Source: Felis catus (lineage: Eukaryota). From it: DNA of 64,000 nucleotides. Positions within the stretch are counted from its first letter, which is position 1, and each line of letters opens with the position of its first letter. This document shows, in pieces, positions 61,891 through 64,000 of the stretch. Under the pieces are notes generated by a model that was not told the DNA's origin, did not search any database, and saw only the letters and a program-made list of their open reading frames with translations. The stretch lies in assembly GCF_018350175.1 (NCBI RefSeq), contig NC_058383.1:620001-684000 (forward strand), given 5' to 3'. A program made the translations under genes and the position numbers.

Positions 61891-64000
61891 ATGGCCTCCG
61901 GTCCCCCAACAGCCCCGGTCTAGCCTCCACCAAAAGAGGGCTCTGTGCCAATGGCCAGAGGCCTGATCTCAGTGTGGGACACAAGTGGGGGGCGGGCAGG
62001 GTGGGAGGAGGTGTCGGTGGCCCCGAAGGGTGAAAGGGCCCGGCTGCAGGCAGGTCTGAGGCCTGCCGTGTCCCCCCCACCCCCACAGCTGCTCCTGAGG
62101 TCAAAGCACATCTGTGCAGCCACTGAGCTCTCTGAAGGAGGCGGCGGGACCAGCTGTCGCCCCCAGGTCGCAGCGCGGGGAGCCAGCCCTTCAGGAGCCA
62201 CGCGGACGGGACCACCCCCCCCCCCCCCCCGACTGTTGGAGTTCTGGAGCGTCCTCACTGCGTTCCGCTCCTGGCCGCCCACACGCTTAGGGCGCGCCAC
62301 CGGCCCCTGGACCGTCTGGGGGCCCTGATCCCATGTGGGAAGGAGCGCTCCCATCCGGACACGCGAGGCTACACGCGGCAGCTCTGGGCGCCACCTCCCA
62401 GCGAGCGCCACCCTGTCCCAACTGCGCACCAAACGTGGAGGACGGGAGCGGGGACACGTTCGCCTCGCAAAGTATCAACAGCGAGACTGAGTGACGGCTG
62501 AGGGTCCGTGGGCAGGGGGAGGAAGGGTGGGACCGCGGTGGCCAGGGCTCCTTGGCACGGCCCCCTCCCTGCCGCCCACGCCTGCCATTCTCTGCGACAG
62601 AACTTGTAACAGAGGGTCCCGCAGCGTTTCCAGCAACAGTCACCCAAACGCACTCCCCCACACCAGCGGCAGAAGTCACACTCGCCACGTGCACACACAA
62701 CACGCTCATCGGGGACATCCGTCCGCACCCCACCTCAGCAGAGCCAACCTGAACCCCCGGCCTGCGCTCCCCTAACCCGCCAGAGAGCTCCGCACAACGG
62801 AAACCTGAGCACGCCTTCCTGGACCCCCCAACGCCCTCACGGCGCCCCACAGCCACCCGGTGGCTGCTGAGCCCCGGGCCGGCACCCCCCACCCCCACCC
62901 AGAGAGGGGCCGCAGCCTGCTGGGGTCTCCAGGCCCGCACGCCGCTGCGGGGAGGCCTTCAGAACACGCGGGCCCGGGCCAGCCCCCCCCCAGGTGCTCA
63001 GTGAACGCGCAGACCTGGCAGAGACCCCCACACGGACAGGGGCGCGGTTTCCGTCGGATCAGTAGGCACAGAGACACTTCCGCTCAGTGGCCGTGTCAGC
63101 ATGCGTGGCTGTTTGGGAAGATCCGATGTGCTTATGTCCCTAAACCACAATGAAATTCCTGGTGGATCAAGCCTCCCATCACTGGAAGAGACACAAGCCA
63201 CAGGCAATCTGGGAAGGTTCTAGAAAAGATCACGAGTGTGTTTGCTTATGGTCTTGAAGTCTGGAAGGCGTTCTGAGAGGAAACCTGCCAACGTAAAACC
63301 TACAGCCTCCCATCGACGGCGAACAAAGCCTGGTCCGTCCAGTAGAATATTAACATTTCAGCCTTGAAGACAGAGGGGAGACTCCAATGCGCACCGGGAC
63401 CCACTCCCACAAGGTCCCACGCACCGAGGGCCCACTGCCACGAGTTTGCGGGAAACGAAAGGCAGAAACCAGGCGGAGGCAGCGCAATCCCTTCCCCTGG
63501 AGGGTCCCCTGCACGCGGGCCGTGTGGGCCCCTGGTGGAGACGAGGCTCTGGGGACGGCGGATCATGAAAGGGCGAGCAGGCGCCTCCGGAGTGGTAGCC
63601 GCAGTGACCAGAGGTGCCATTTCCCGGTGGACATGCCAGGCGGGAAGCCACAGGCGTGGGCGCCGCATGCAGAGCTGGGCCACTGGAAGGCAGGTGCCTC
63701 CTCCCACACCTTCCAAACGCGAAGCCGGCTCCATTTGACCCAAGGGCACAGACACCTGACGGGAATCAGGCGGGGCTGTGGGGGCAGCAAAGACCGTGTC
63801 CCAGGGGGGCGCCAGCGCGGGCCTCCCTGCTTCCCTCTGTCCCTCTCTGCGTCGGAGAAGACGTCTCCCCACTGAGCCGTGGCCCCAGCTGCACTCAGCA
63901 TCTGCTCCGGCACCCCCTTCCTCCACCCCTGCTGCTGCCTCCGCCTGCCCACACTGTTCCCAACACTCGAATGCCCTCCCCACTCTCTTCTGCCCATCCT

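Overview
This is a GC-rich mammalian genomic window, most likely from a felid, because its tRNA-derived Can-SINEs are of the cat type. It lies entirely inside PRKAR1B (PKA type I-beta regulatory subunit) on the minus strand. Four complete coding exons are present: 20488-20427, 20029-19983, 11117-10959 and 5227-5167 (62, 47, 159 and 61 nt, all GT-AG). They splice in frame to encode most of cAMP-binding domain A. The first 3 nt of the next exon appear at positions 3-1. Everything above 20488 looks like one intron of more than 43 kb. The rest of the window is repeat DNA: 16 Can-SINEs, two young 5'-truncated L1s, old L1/MIR/MER3/MLT2 relics, and several large micro- and minisatellites. Almost all long ORFs in the six-frame track are artefacts of high GC content or tandem repeats. 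I see no evidence of a new multi-gene system. The best second-look items are an L1 3' transduction bounded by a perfect 15-bp TSD, a candidate poison exon, and kilobase repeat tracts that present RNA-binding-protein motifs on the pre-mRNA strand. Also worth checking are inverted SINE pairs, SINEs that replace L1 sequence without a TSD, and GC-biased decay of old repeats. Exon numbers and repeat family names come from my recall of orthologues and consensus sequences, not from a search.
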